Of a DNA stretch of 64,000 nucleotides, positions 26,553-36,200 are shown one piece after another. The translations under genes were made by a program, and so were the position numbers. Source of the DNA: a virus. Location: IMG/VR virus record IMGVR_UViG_3300011271_000002, positions 1-64,000 of that record. One strand, given 5' to 3'. Each line of letters opens with the position of its first letter. The first letter of the stretch is position 1. The notes beneath the pieces were generated by a model. That model made no database searches and was not told the origin of the DNA. It saw nothing but the letters and a program-made list of their open reading frames with translations.

Positions 26553-27730
26553 CACGTCCTCCCTTCTGCCGCTTCGTTAACGACATCTTGCCGAGTAGCG
26601 GATTTGCCCGGATCGACTACCGGTAATTTACCGCGCTTTGCCTGCGCATAATGTTTGCCACAAACACCCTTGGCTATCGCCGGCGATTCGCACATCGAAC
26701 AATTCTGACGAGTGACGATCTGCGCAAAATTTGGATCGCCGTATTTTTCCCAGCGCTGATAATGTTTATCGCAGAATCCCCGCGCTTTGTGCCTGGCTCC
26801 GCAAATTGTGCAGAAGTTTTTGGGCTTGGAGTTGGCCGCGCGCCGAGCCAATTCACTACGTCCTTCCGGACCGAGAGCTTCCAATCTACGGCGAGCGCCT
26901 TCGATCATTTTCTGTTTTTGTACTTCGCCCAATGGCTTGCCGAAATGGGGATTGTTAGCGCCTGACATTGCAGCACGGACAGCGGCGCGTTTTAATTCCG
27001 CATCGGGCCCACCCCAACGCGCGCGACTGGCGGCCGCGTGTATAGCCATAAGTTGTTCGCGAGGAGCCGACTCGCGCCATTCTCGCGAGGCCTTTTGCAG
27101 TTTATCCTGATGTCCGACTGGCATCGGCACTCCGTACATGTGATTACCAGTTCCAGACATGCGTGCACTTTGATTTGACCGTTCTTCCGGCGTACGTTTC
27201 CGAATTTTAGCGGATGCACTCATCTTCTGTTTTGTGGGCTCAGAGAACACGCGCCCGCGCAGCGTGTCACCTTTCTTGCGTCGCGCCTCCGGACTGTTCA
27301 AATGGGCCGTGCCTATACGTTTACGAGCCTCGCTTAGCTTTCTGCGATGTTCGATGGTTTTGGGACGACACAATTTCTCGTATGCCTCGCCGACCATCGT
27401 GCCGCCCGTGCCGCCAGTTGTGAGATTATAGCCGATGCCTGAAACGTTGGAACGATAATCAAGTATCCATTGTTTCTCAAGGCTAGACAGTTCTTCCTTG
27501 CTAAAGGCTTGACACAATTCTTGAACTTCGAACGATGCTGCTCCATACTTTCTAAATGCTCGATAGAGTAATGGTTTTTTGTTCGAGCCAGTCGCGGCCG
27601 TTAGCAGATTGGTTTTTATGTATTGGGGCAATGGCTTGACGGTCTGGCCGACATATATCTTCCCGTTCACGACGTTGCGAATCAGATACACGACGCCATA
27701 GGGCGCTTTGCTACTCTGTTGTTCAGCCAT
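26552..27730 (-). CDS. free-standing GIY-YIG homing endonuclease with NUMOD3 repeats and C-terminal zinc fingers
   Basis: GVVYLIRN.VNGKIYVGQT, LYRAFRKYG...F, LEKQWI, GYNLT.GG; EHRRKLSEA and NPHFGK repeats; C..C......G.C.KHY twice. Confidence 0.9.
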   Translation of the reverse strand: MAEQQSSKAPYGVVYLIRNVVNGKIYVGQTVKPLPQYIKTNLLTAATGSNKKPLLYRAFRKYGAASFEVQELCQAFSKEELSSLEKQWILDYRSNVSGIGYNLTTGGTGGTMVGEAYEKLCRPKTIEHRRKLSEARKRIGTAHLNSPEARRKKGDTLRGRVFSEPTKQKMSASAKIRKRTPEERSNQSARMSGTGNHMYGVPMPVGHQDKLQKASREWRESAPREQLMAIHAAASRARWGGPDAELKRAAVRAAMSGANNPHFGKPLGEVQKQKMIEGARRRLEALGPEGRSELARRAANSKPKNFCTICGARHKARGFCDKHYQRWEKYGDPNFAQIVTRQNCSMCESPAIAKGVCGKHYAQAKRGKLPVVDPGKSATRQDVVNEAAEGRT

Positions 27731-27804
27731 GGTGACCCCTCCCAGGATCGTTATGCTGAGAATCAGTGGCAGCGTCGCAAGCGCTGCCCTGGTTCGAAAA
27801 ACTT

Positions 27805-28098
27805 TCATTTCGGGGACTTTCGAATAAACGGGTATGTGGGATTCGGAAGCAATTCACGCCCACCATCCGTCCGTAGCAACACCAAGAAACTAACGTCATC
27901 TCCTTCGTTGGCTCGGATGACCTGCTTGGCGTTGATGGCTCCAAGCGTGGTCGGATATTTGTGCTCCGGGGCCATAGTGGCTATGCTTTCGAGGTTCAGA
28001 TTGCAGAAGTCCTCTCCGGTCATCACCTGCGTGACCTTAAACGGAATCAGAACTGTGTCGCCAGCAGCTAGCGGCCGGCCTTTAGCGTCGTGCGGCAT
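27805..28098 (-). CDS. hypothetical protein (KOW/SH3-like)
   Basis: MPHDAKGRPL..GD.V; AAAGGAG RBS. Confidence 0.65.
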   Translation of the reverse strand: MPHDAKGRPLAAGDTVLIPFKVTQVMTGEDFCNLNLESIATMAPEHKYPTTLGAINAKQVIRANEGDDVSFLVLLRTDGGRELLPNPTYPFIRKSPK

Positions 28099-28116
28099 AA
28101 CATTCTCCTTTCATGA

Positions 28117-28527
28117 TCAGAAATCATCCCAGCGTTTCATTTTCATCCCCGGCTCGAGCACCAGGAAGTCCAGGCCGTACTTCTCGCGGAGCGGCTGCAA
28201 GGCCTGATCTATCTTTGAAGCCAGTTCCGCCGTCACGGGGAAATCAACTTCGATAACGTAGAGATTCGAGGTCCGAGCCCGCGGTCGCTTCGGCGGATTG
28301 GCGATTGACAAAAGCTGCTGCCGGCCGCGCCGCTGCGCACGAAACGAATCCAGGCGAGTCGCTAGCCAGTTTACGGCTGCGCTCATTTCGGCCCGCCGCA
28401 CGATTTGCAGGCCCCAGCTCCCGAACTGGTGGATCCGCGCCAGCGGCATCGCGGCAGCGGAGGAGGCGCGAAAGGAATCAAGGGTGGCGGCACATACCCC
28501 ATAAGCAAGATCATCCGCTGATTCCAT
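28117..28527 (-). CDS. hypothetical protein
   Basis: ORF in the coupled chain between terL and portal. Confidence 0.5.
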   Translation of the reverse strand: MESADDLAYGVCAATLDSFRASSAAAMPLARIHQFGSWGLQIVRRAEMSAAVNWLATRLDSFRAQRRGRQQLLSIANPPKRPRARTSNLYVIEVDFPVTAELASKIDQALQPLREKYGLDFLVLEPGMKMKRWDDF

Positions 28528-28864
28528 TTCTCAGGTGCCGTGCTTTTATCTGAACCGCGAACCATTCGGCCATATTGGTGGTTTCCTGCCCAGATAGCTC
28601 GCGCTGATTAAGGATCATCACACGGCTAGGTGCGAGCGGTCCACCAAAGTGCAAAATTTCGATCAGAACATCGTCGCCATCCGCGATCATCGCACGTTGC
28701 TCTTGCGTCAATTCAACGCGATAAATTGCGCTGTTGCCGTTTTCGCCAGAAAGCGTTCGAAGCGGGACGTATTCCGGTTGTTCCAACGCGTAAATCTTCT
28801 CGTGATCTTCCAGGCCATTCACAACCGGACCAATCGCTGGAGTCAAATAGTCAAATCGATTCAT
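28511..28864 (-). CDS. hypothetical protein
   Basis: A.EQPEY.PL motif common in phage small proteins. Confidence 0.65.
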   Translation of the reverse strand: MNRFDYLTPAIGPVVNGLEDHEKIYALEQPEYVPLRTLSGENGNSAIYRVELTQEQRAMIADGDDVLIEILHFGGPLAPSRVMILNQRELSGQETTNMAEWFAVQIKARHLRNGISG

Positions 28865-29223
28865 CGGCGTCCTACAGGCGAGTCGTCCATCGATTGTAGA
28901 GTCACGCCGCCATCAGCCGTGGATTGATTCCGAATCAGTTTTACGCCAGGAGACAGAGCAACCAGCTTTACTCCAAGGGAGCGTGCAATTTCGGACCAGC
29001 GACTCTGTTGATCGGCAGACAGATACCCCAACCCCTCAATCGCGTAGCTTGCGCCGCGCTCTAATCTGATGGCTCTGTTTGCCTGCTCTCCAATTTCCGT
29101 GAACTCGCTTTCGAAATGCGTCATGTCGCTGCCGCATCGCGACCAATCCTCGCCGGACCAGTGAGCTATTTCGAACTCGATATCGTCTTCGTGTTTCACC
29201 CAATAGTAACCGGGGGCTCTCAC
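28861..29223 (-). CDS. hypothetical protein
   Basis: R.PGYYWVK..EIAHW motif; coupled. Confidence 0.65.
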   Translation of the reverse strand: MRAPGYYWVKHEDDIEFEIAHWSGEDWSRCGSDMTHFESEFTEIGEQANRAIRLERGASYAIEGLGYLSADQQSRWSEIARSLGVKLVALSPGVKLIRNQSTADGGVTLQSMDDSPVGRR

Positions 29224-29726
29224 AGGATCTTCACTCCATCCTTGTTCCAGATTTCAATGCGCCCGCTGAGTTCCTTGTAGAGAATGCCGCGGTCATCGAC
29301 GAACACGTTTGCTGGAGGGCCATCTGGAAACAGTTCGTAAATCTGAGCGCCGTAATTGAATGCGTTTTCCTGTCGAGGGTAGGTGCAGGGCTGATAACTC
29401 GCCTCGCGGGGCCCCACATAACGAACGCGACCGTCGCCGAGCACATCGTAAGTTCTTGCCGTTTGCGCGGTCAGGTTGGCGTAGAAAATCTCTTTGTCGG
29501 CTATTCCGTTTACGCAAATGCGAGCGCTTCCTAGAAGCGCCGCCAACCTGGGGCCATTGGGCCCTCGCGCGTCAAGGATGAGTTCTGTCGGAAGGCCTGG
29601 GCGACTTAAAATCCCGCCTGGCCTCGGCGTGCTCCCAAAATATTTGTGCCCAGCGGTTTCTTTTCCGAATCCGAACGCCGTAGCCACAGACGCTAGGGCG
29701 CTGAACAGTGCTCGCCGTGAAATCAT
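29220..29726 (-). CDS. hypothetical protein with twin-arginine-like N-terminus
   Basis: MISRRALFSALA. Confidence 0.6.
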   Translation of the reverse strand: MISRRALFSALASVATAFGFGKETAGHKYFGSTPRPGGILSRPGLPTELILDARGPNGPRLAALLGSARICVNGIADKEIFYANLTAQTARTYDVLGDGRVRYVGPREASYQPCTYPRQENAFNYGAQIYELFPDGPPANVFVDDRGILYKELSGRIEIWNKDGVKIL

Positions 29727-29959
29727 CACGGTCTCTCCATTAGAGCGCAACCGGTGATGGCCTTGCGAATGGTTACGGCTAGATTCGGCGATAGGTCAAT
29801 TGGCTGGTCCACGAGGTACTGCGCTCTTCGGATCGCCTCACGTTTGCTTATAGCCGGTATCTGGACGTGCATGGTTAAGCCTTCATCAACGGGAGACGGA
29901 TTCAGGACTACGATATCCACAGTGTAGATTTTAGGCTGTTGCGTGGATGACTTCACCAA
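29726..29959 (-). CDS. hypothetical protein
   Basis: coupled to terL end. Confidence 0.5.
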   Translation of the reverse strand: MVKSSTQQPKIYTVDIVVLNPSPVDEGLTMHVQIPAISKREAIRRAQYLVDQPIDLSPNLAVTIRKAITGCALMERP

Positions 29960-31665
29960 ACCTCCACCAGCCCAGGCTTGGGCGTGATCGCCAGGATCGC
30001 GCGGCTCAACGCCGTCACGGTCGCCTGCATACCGTCAATCCGCTTAATGCTTTTCAGCCGTTCCGGCTTCGTAGGTTGCACGTTATCCTTTTGATCGTAC
30101 TGCAATTGGAGGCAGGACGCCATCCAGTTGAGCACCGGGTTGTTGCCGTGGCGGAAGCCGCCCTCCAGATAATGGGTGATTAAAAACTTCGTGGCCTCGC
30201 TGAGTCCAAGGAAGGTTTGTGCTATTTCGGGCGCCACGAACCCTTCATCGGCGAGGTTCAGCGCCTCGCTTCTGAAGTTGCAGCGATCATACGGTATCTC
30301 GATCAGATAGAAGACGCGGCGGCCCCAACGCAGCCTTTCCATGACGGCGCGTTGATCGATCACGCTGCCGGGTGTCGCCTCAATGAAGCCGCGCTCGACC
30401 CAATCCTTTATCGGCACCCGACACTTGTCGGTGAGCTCCTGAATCTTCTTTGCGGGGATCCAGAAGAAAGGGAGTAAGGTCCATTGATCGCAGCTACTAC
30501 CCACGCCGCCTTCTTCCTGAAACGGTGGGAACACGAATGTAACCGCGGTGAAATCGATGGACCAGGAAGCGTCGACGCCAGCCCAGCACCGTTTTTCCAC
30601 GAGATTCCATTTCTTGAAAACCAATTCGGCATCGTAGATCGGCCAGGTGCGTAAATCGATTTCCTTGCCACCGCAGGCAATCCATTTCGGCATCTCGATG
30701 ATCGGCTCTTCCTCCTGGGTTACCGGCGCGTTTAGATTCAATCGAAGATATGTTGACTTTTGGCTTGAGTCCGCCAGCGCCTTATTCATCTCAGAAACGA
30801 TCTTCTCATCTTTGAGAAAGCCCCCTCGTTCTTCGTGACTCGGATTTCCAGCGACGCGCGCCTCACGCGATTTCCAATACTCTGGATCTTCCGCGAGCTT
30901 TTTCAGATCCGGTTCGTAGATATCAACGTAAAATTTCGGATCCACAATTCCGCCGGATAATACTCGCTTCGCACGAGAGTACTCGGTGAACCATAAAATG
31001 GATTCGTATTCGGCACCGGCGGTAGTGATCGCGATATCCATGGGCTCCTTGATGGTGATCTGACCCTTGGTGGTGACATCGTAAAGCGTTTGAGCCCGGG
31101 CGCCCTTCCATCTGTGAATTTCGTCGCGCAGTAGCAAGCCTGGCTCGATACCATCCTGGACGTCGCCATCGCAGGAAAGCACCGCGTAGAATCCGTGCCC
31201 ATCGCGTCGCAGAATTTTCTTGGTTCCTTCCAATACCCTGAGACGTGTTCGAAGATCCGGGTTTACTTTGATGAAGCGGCCCGCAGCCTCGAAAATCAGA
31301 CCGGCTTGGTCCTTGGCGGCGCCGCAGCCGTATGCTTTCAACTGTTTGCCGTAGTCGTCATTCTCCATGATCAGGTAATAAATCGGCAGTCCGGCTATAA
31401 AAAGAGTCTTCCCATTTTTTTTCCCGGTAGATATGAATCCATGTTCGTATTGGCGTTGACCGGTTTCAATATCGATAGTGCCGTAGAGATTTCGTAGTGC
31501 CTTGCGCTGCCAGTCGAGGAGTCTGTAATTCAGCGGCGGGAGAAGGATTTCGGTGAAAAACCGCTCTATCTCGCAGGCGCGGCATTGCGGCCGGCCGTTC
31601 GAGCGAATCTTGCACCAGGTCGCACTCTCGCACCAGAAGCAAATTTCTGGCTTGTATTCAGCCAC
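29953..31665 (-). CDS. terL: terminase large subunit
   Basis: LLDWQ, GKKNGKT Walker A, LLLRDEIH Walker B, ITTAG, GVDAS nuclease motif, KRIDG. Confidence 0.95.
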   Translation of the reverse strand: MAEYKPEICFWCESATWCKIRSNGRPQCRACEIERFFTEILLPPLNYRLLDWQRKALRNLYGTIDIETGQRQYEHGFISTGKKNGKTLFIAGLPIYYLIMENDDYGKQLKAYGCGAAKDQAGLIFEAAGRFIKVNPDLRTRLRVLEGTKKILRRDGHGFYAVLSCDGDVQDGIEPGLLLRDEIHRWKGARAQTLYDVTTKGQITIKEPMDIAITTAGAEYESILWFTEYSRAKRVLSGGIVDPKFYVDIYEPDLKKLAEDPEYWKSREARVAGNPSHEERGGFLKDEKIVSEMNKALADSSQKSTYLRLNLNAPVTQEEEPIIEMPKWIACGGKEIDLRTWPIYDAELVFKKWNLVEKRCWAGVDASWSIDFTAVTFVFPPFQEEGGVGSSCDQWTLLPFFWIPAKKIQELTDKCRVPIKDWVERGFIEATPGSVIDQRAVMERLRWGRRVFYLIEIPYDRCNFRSEALNLADEGFVAPEIAQTFLGLSEATKFLITHYLEGGFRHGNNPVLNWMASCLQLQYDQKDNVQPTKPERLKSIKRIDGMQATVTALSRAILAITPKPGLVEVW

Positions 31666-31668
31666 TGC

Positions 31669-32187
31669 TTAGCCACACAATTTCCGCTCGATGGAATCCA
31701 GCGCTATGGGACCGATGCCAGCATCGCCGGCTTTGATGCGAGTGCGCGCGGAAGGGGTGAGCCCGAATTCGCGGCGCTCGACCAGTAGCCTGGCGGCGAG
31801 ATCGTTAAGCCCGGTCATCGCCCGCCGGCCGTTCATGGTGCCGATAAACGTCAGGAATGGTCCGCCATGCAAGACCTTGCCCTCTGTCTTCGCTTGCTTT
31901 TCCAGGGCCGCCATGATCGACCAGATGCCCACGTACGCTTCGTTCAGCAACGCCTGATCCTCGGCCAGCATCGCCAGGGCGTGCTGATCGCTGATGCAGA
32001 ACACGCCCGACGCGGCGATCTGCTCTACCAACTCATCCCAAATTGCGGATCCGCGCGGGCTCAGATTTTCGGGCTTGTCTGGAATACCGGGGACGTAGGG
32101 CGCCTCTTCAGGAATCGGCCGGCGCGACAGATTTCCTTCGAGTCTTCGAATGCCCGCAGGCTTTGGCTGAGCGCCGCGTAACCCCAT
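31669..32187 (-). CDS. terS: terminase small subunit (P27 family)
   Basis: RG..PKP....LEGN..RP; EFGLTPSARTRI. Confidence 0.9.
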   Translation of the reverse strand: MGLRGAQPKPAGIRRLEGNLSRRPIPEEAPYVPGIPDKPENLSPRGSAIWDELVEQIAASGVFCISDQHALAMLAEDQALLNEAYVGIWSIMAALEKQAKTEGKVLHGGPFLTFIGTMNGRRAMTGLNDLAARLLVERREFGLTPSARTRIKAGDAGIGPIALDSIERKLCG

Positions 32188-32193
32188 GGATCT

Positions 32194-32221
32194 ATTATGG
32201 CTTTATTTTGATCAAGGTCAA
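32194..32221 (-). promoter_or_regulatory. promoter for leaderless terS
   Basis: TTGACC-16nt-CATAAT, 6 nt before ATG. Confidence 0.55.
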
Positions 32222-32554
32222 ATCGAGGGGCGCTTGAATTTGAATACAGCGACGCATCGATGAAACGCTGTCGCGAGAAAGTCAAAAATGAATGACTGGC
32301 GCGGTGGGTGCGATTTAACCAATCAGTCTGGCTGCTGTTCTGGAAACGACTTCAGGCCGATCAATGTGCGGGCATCCTTGGTAAGCCAAATTTCATAAGA
32401 AATCAGGCCCAGCATCGTAACACTTTCGGACTGCTTCAATCGCGACCGCTTCGTCCACCCCTAAACGCTCTCGCTCCCGTACCGAGAGAACATAAGGGTG
32501 TGATGGCAACGTTCTGGTGGCAGCCAGTTAGGATTTTTTAAGCCGTAAAAAATT

Positions 32555-32640
32555 TCTCGAAAATGTGCGACTTTTTGCAAAAGCTCGCAACACGGTCACA
32601 GGCGGCTAGGGCTGAGTTTTCGACTCCCCCTATCCCCTCT
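32555..32640 (-). other. candidate cos / packaging-initiation region
   Basis: GGGGATAGGGGGAGTCGAAAAC...GACCG tract in a largely non-coding stretch between the packaging HNH and terS, as I recall for HK97-like cos phages. Confidence 0.45.
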
Positions 32641-32848
32641 AGTTCAAAGAGATGCGCGATGCTGACGCAGCCGTGCGATGTGACAGGTCGCCTTTGAGAG
32701 ATTGGGTTTAATGAATCGCCGCTGCGGATTGCGTCGCGAATGGCGCGGCTTAACGTTTCGTGAGCACCATCGCGAGCATCGATGTGATAACTGACCGGTG
32801 GTTTGTGGAACCCAGGAGCCGCCGGGCTGCGTGCGTCAACACGAGCGA

Positions 32849-33124
32849 TCAGTTCTGGTGAACGCGAGTGCTCGGGGGAATCGCGGGGCGTCCGTAGTGC
32901 TGACAATTCAGATTCGTGCAAACGATATACTCACCAGTCGTGCTGAGGCGACCGCGCACAACGAACATGTAACCACACTCGCAGAATGGTATGGGCTGAC
33001 GGGCAGCAAACCCGGATGTCGGCGGATGATCGGGCGGCGTGGAAGGCGTGCTGATTGTGGCAGCAACGGCAGCGACAACCGGAGCGCCTAGGAGGGAGCG
33101 GAAGAACAGGCGGCGTGTATTCAT
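32849..33124 (-). CDS. small protein with twin-arginine-like signal and zinc ribbon (leaderless)
   Basis: MNTRRLFFRSLL; CECG..C.N..C; TACACT 7 nt upstream. Confidence 0.55.
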   Translation of the reverse strand: MNTRRLFFRSLLGAPVVAAVAATISTPSTPPDHPPTSGFAARQPIPFCECGYMFVVRGRLSTTGEYIVCTNLNCQHYGRPAIPPSTRVHQN

Positions 33125-33128
33125 GCCC

Positions 33129-33374
33129 CTAAGTGTATCTGATCCAGCGCCCATGCTCACGAACGTAATCGATTGGCAGCCAGCAGCGTCCCTTGCTTGA
33201 CGCTCGCCCTTTCTCGGTCAATCGTGCGAACGTCACCTCGGACTCCTTCACATCAGTGATAATCATCGTATTTGGGTGAGCCTTGAATCGCACAACGGCA
33301 CCGACACGGCATTGACCTGTTCGCATCGGCACCATCGAAGTGTACCACGAAACAATTTGTGTTGACAACAGCAA
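33129..33374 (-). CDS. hypothetical protein (start uncertain)
   Basis: VGAVVRFK..M.IT.V SH3-like pattern. Confidence 0.4.
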   Translation of the reverse strand: MLLSTQIVSWYTSMVPMRTGQCRVGAVVRFKAHPNTMIITDVKESEVTFARLTEKGRASSKGRCWLPIDYVREHGRWIRYT

Positions 33375-33390
33375 CCGCGCCTGTTACTCT
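33362..33390 (+). promoter_or_regulatory. sigma70-type promoter of a plus-strand moron
   Basis: TTGACA-17nt-TACTCT with extended -10 TG. Confidence 0.7.
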
Positions 33391-33396
33391 TTGATC

Positions 33397-33597
33397 GTGC
33401 CAGACAAACAACCGTTTCTCCACGTACGCATGAGCGCTAAGGAACAGGCCGGGTTCAATATGGCCGCTGAGATTGCCGGGCTGTCATTGTCCTCCTGGGT
33501 GAGAATCGGGCTCCGCGACAAGGCCGTGAAGGAATTGAGCGCGGCTGGGCGGCGTGCGCCGTTCGTCATCGGCAAGAGCGTGGCAGCGAAAGGCTGA
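33397..33597 (+). CDS. ribbon-helix-helix protein (DUF1778/MobC-like), leaderless
   Basis: LHVRMS..E......AA...GLSLSSWVR. Confidence 0.75.
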   Translation: MPDKQPFLHVRMSAKEQAGFNMAAEIAGLSLSSWVRIGLRDKAVKELSAAGRRAPFVIGKSVAAKG

Positions 33598-33601
33598 AAC
33601 G

Positions 33602-33934
33602 ATGAGATTCCTAAACATGAATCGATGCTATTGGGGAATGAATTTAGAAATCTGTAAAAGTTTTGCAGTTCATCCGTCGGAAATCGCCCTCGCCTCAGTC
33701 GCCAAACTATCGCCGGTTTCCGTTTCCGATCAATTCGGAAAGCTACAAATCAAAGTCTCTGGCGATGGATTCGTGCAGGCGCACCCGGATCACATTGATT
33801 GCGACACCAGCAATGGCGACGTGATGATTGAGCTATCGCCGAATGCGAGCGTAACCGTTCGCAAGACCACCGCCGACGATCACAAGGTCTTCATCCGGAC
33901 GACAGGCACCGTGCTGACTGGGCAGAGCAAATGA
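33602..33934 (+). CDS. hypothetical protein
   Basis: ORF in moron operon. Confidence 0.5.
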   Translation: MRFLNMNRCYWGMNLEICKSFAVHPSEIALASVAKLSPVSVSDQFGKLQIKVSGDGFVQAHPDHIDCDTSNGDVMIELSPNASVTVRKTTADDHKVFIRTTGTVLTGQSK

Positions 33935-34218
33935 AATGGCTCTCTCGATTTTTATTGCGCTGGTGGAGCAAGTCTGGAACTATGCGGCAAGTCACGCGAG
34001 AGCAATATGAGATTTTCCTTAAAGACTACAAGCGAACATTGACTCCTCACACTATCGGTTTTTGCACGCCGCCGATTCGGGAGCACCACGATTTAGCAAT
34101 TGGTACGCCATATGGCCGACGATCCAGCTTGGTCGCCTATCGAAATATGATGGCGGGCTCGCAGGGTGCCGGTCCAGCCGACGAGGATGAATATTTCATC
34201 TTGATTTCACGCGATTAA
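33931..34218 (+). CDS. hypothetical protein
   Basis: ATGA overlap. Confidence 0.55.
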   Translation: MKWLSRFLLRWWSKSGTMRQVTREQYEIFLKDYKRTLTPHTIGFCTPPIREHHDLAIGTPYGRRSSLVAYRNMMAGSQGAGPADEDEYFILISRD

Positions 34219-34223
34219 AGACT

Positions 34224-34613
34224 ATGCAAGAGAAGTCCATGCAAGAGATCAAAGCAGTCGCTTGCAACTATTCAGTTCCGGTAAAGGCCGCGTCTCGCAG
34301 ATCGATAGCTTACGTCCTGAATGTCAATCGTGGCGGCGGGGCTGAGCGCATTGAAATATTGTCTCGCTCGCGAGACGGTCGATGGATTAACCGATGGGAG
34401 CGAATTGATCGATTGACAAACTTTAGATTCAAAACGGTAGTTCCGGAGAATCCGATCTATAACGAAATCAAATTCGCCCCGCAGGCAGCCGTTGATCCCG
34501 GCATCATCGAACAGTTGAAATCGGCAGAACTACGCGAGCGTATTCGCCGTTTGAATGGCATGCGGCCTTCAGTCTTCGGTCATGGATTTGAGGATCGCCG
34601 CACCGCGCCATGA
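34224..34613 (+). CDS. hypothetical protein
   Basis: RSR.GRWI..WE....L.NFR.KT motif. Confidence 0.6.
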   Translation: MQEKSMQEIKAVACNYSVPVKAASRRSIAYVLNVNRGGGAERIEILSRSRDGRWINRWERIDRLTNFRFKTVVPENPIYNEIKFAPQAAVDPGIIEQLKSAELRERIRRLNGMRPSVFGHGFEDRRTAP

Positions 34614-34885
34614 CAGGCCAGGCAAGTGCTCTTGAGATTGTTCCAGTCCAATCTCAGATCCGGCCGATCCTCGATAGTCTCCACGTGGTGAACCTCGATC
34701 GCCACGGCACCGCGGCATATTTTTTGCAACTCACAGACCGGATTGGCGGCGAGCTTGGCCCTGCGCAATTTCCGCCAGTCCGAACCATAGCCGCGCTCGG
34801 TCGTCGTGCGCGGATCCCGCCGGCGATGTGCTGGGCAGCGGCTTTCCTCGGAGAGCTCGCCACAGAGTCCGCACGGGTGAAGCAC
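34580..34885 (-). CDS. packaging-associated HNH endonuclease (HK97 gp74-like)
   Basis: PC..CG....RCP.H, RGYGSDWRKLR, P.CE, EVHH, NL.S.C..CH; upstream of terS. Confidence 0.85.
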   Translation of the reverse strand: MLHPCGLCGELSEESRCPAHRRRDPRTTTERGYGSDWRKLRRAKLAANPVCELQKICRGAVAIEVHHVETIEDRPDLRLDWNNLKSTCLACHGAVRRSSNP

Positions 34886-34907
34886 GTGGCGGTCGGGCGC
34901 TGGCGGC

Positions 34908-36200
34908 TCAGGCAGCCGCGATGGTTGTGATGGTCCCAGAACTACCTCGGTACTTCAGGGCTCCGCTCTCAACGTAAAGCTGTCCCATGCCAGCAGGAGA
35001 ACTAGCCGGAGCCGTTCCGTTGCCGATCGCGATCACGCCGACCGCTGATGTTCCGAACGACGCGGCATTCACGCCTATATTGCCGAGATTGTCAATCCGC
35101 ATTCGCTCGGCTGCTGAAGCTGCGGCATTGGCGGTGCCGAAAGTTAGAATCCCTTTACAGGCCCCTGCGGCATGATCCGCGAAAATGACATTGAGGTAAG
35201 CGGCGGCATTGCTGTTGCCGCTGATGAACTCGATGTTGGCTTGGTTATTGTTGGTGATAGTCTGTTGCTGAATGTAGACGCCTGTGTTGTTGTACTCGGC
35301 CCCGCCAACACTAGAGGCTGGTCCCCGAAAATAGGCGATCGGCGGCCCCATCGCTGTGACATCCAGCGCCATCGTAAAAGCGTTGATAGCGGCGGAACTG
35401 CTAATAAGAATTCCAACGCCAGGATGCTGCGTTCCAGCAACTTCAGACACCAAATGCAAGCCGACATTATTCGCGCCCGCTTTGTCCCCCCGAAAGATTC
35501 CCCAGAAGCAACGGCCGGCCGGCGTCGTGCTGTTCGTGGTGTTGTTGATGACGCCAGTAAACGCGCCACAATCGATGCCGCCGCCCCCAATGGTCTTGTC
35601 GAGTTTTATTCCGGACCAGATACCTACCGGGGACACAGGCGAGGAAACTGTGTTGTCAATTCTAGTCTGAACTAATAAAGTAGCGCCATCCGGGTTGCCA
35701 GTCGTCCAGAGCCGATTGATCGAGTAAGGCGTGACAATATTCAAGGTGGGTGGATCGCCAGCACCGAGGAAGGTGTAGTAGTTAGCTGTGGTGATGGGGT
35801 TTGTGACTGTGGCGGAAAACGCCCCAAGCGAATCCATGCGAAATAATTCGGTAGGTCCTCCGCTGTCGAGAGAAGAGAAGAGCGAGAGGTATCCGGCCCC
35901 GGCGTTGCTCGTGGTGAAAGGTTGGAGAAAGAAATCCAACGTGTGGTTGCTGGTGTCGTAAGAGTTGGCGCGAAGACGGAATTTGCTCCCGGTTTGAACG
36001 CCGGGCGCAATGAGGACTGGGGGAGTGATCGCCAGTCCGTCCGTGTTCACGGCTGGGGTGATGTTGACCTGGAGCCACCCGGACGAAACGTGGCCGTTGC
36101 CATTGTAGTCTCCCTGAGCGGTGCTCAGAGCGTCCACAATGGAATTCCACTCAGCCGATGAGGGCTTGAAGGTGCTCAGTTGATGAGGGGGCCACGGCAT
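34908..36200 (-). CDS. tail fibre / receptor-binding-like protein
   Basis: Gly/Ala/Thr-rich beta structure, ERMRID..GNIG motif; N-terminus paralogous to 36201-36974. Confidence 0.7.
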   Translation of the reverse strand: MPWPPHQLSTFKPSSAEWNSIVDALSTAQGDYNGNGHVSSGWLQVNITPAVNTDGLAITPPVLIAPGVQTGSKFRLRANSYDTSNHTLDFFLQPFTTSNAGAGYLSLFSSLDSGGPTELFRMDSLGAFSATVTNPITTANYYTFLGAGDPPTLNIVTPYSINRLWTTGNPDGATLLVQTRIDNTVSSPVSPVGIWSGIKLDKTIGGGGIDCGAFTGVINNTTNSTTPAGRCFWGIFRGDKAGANNVGLHLVSEVAGTQHPGVGILISSSAAINAFTMALDVTAMGPPIAYFRGPASSVGGAEYNNTGVYIQQQTITNNNQANIEFISGNSNAAAYLNVIFADHAAGACKGILTFGTANAAASAAERMRIDNLGNIGVNAASFGTSAVGVIAIGNGTAPASSPAGMGQLYVESGALKYRGSSGTITTIAAA

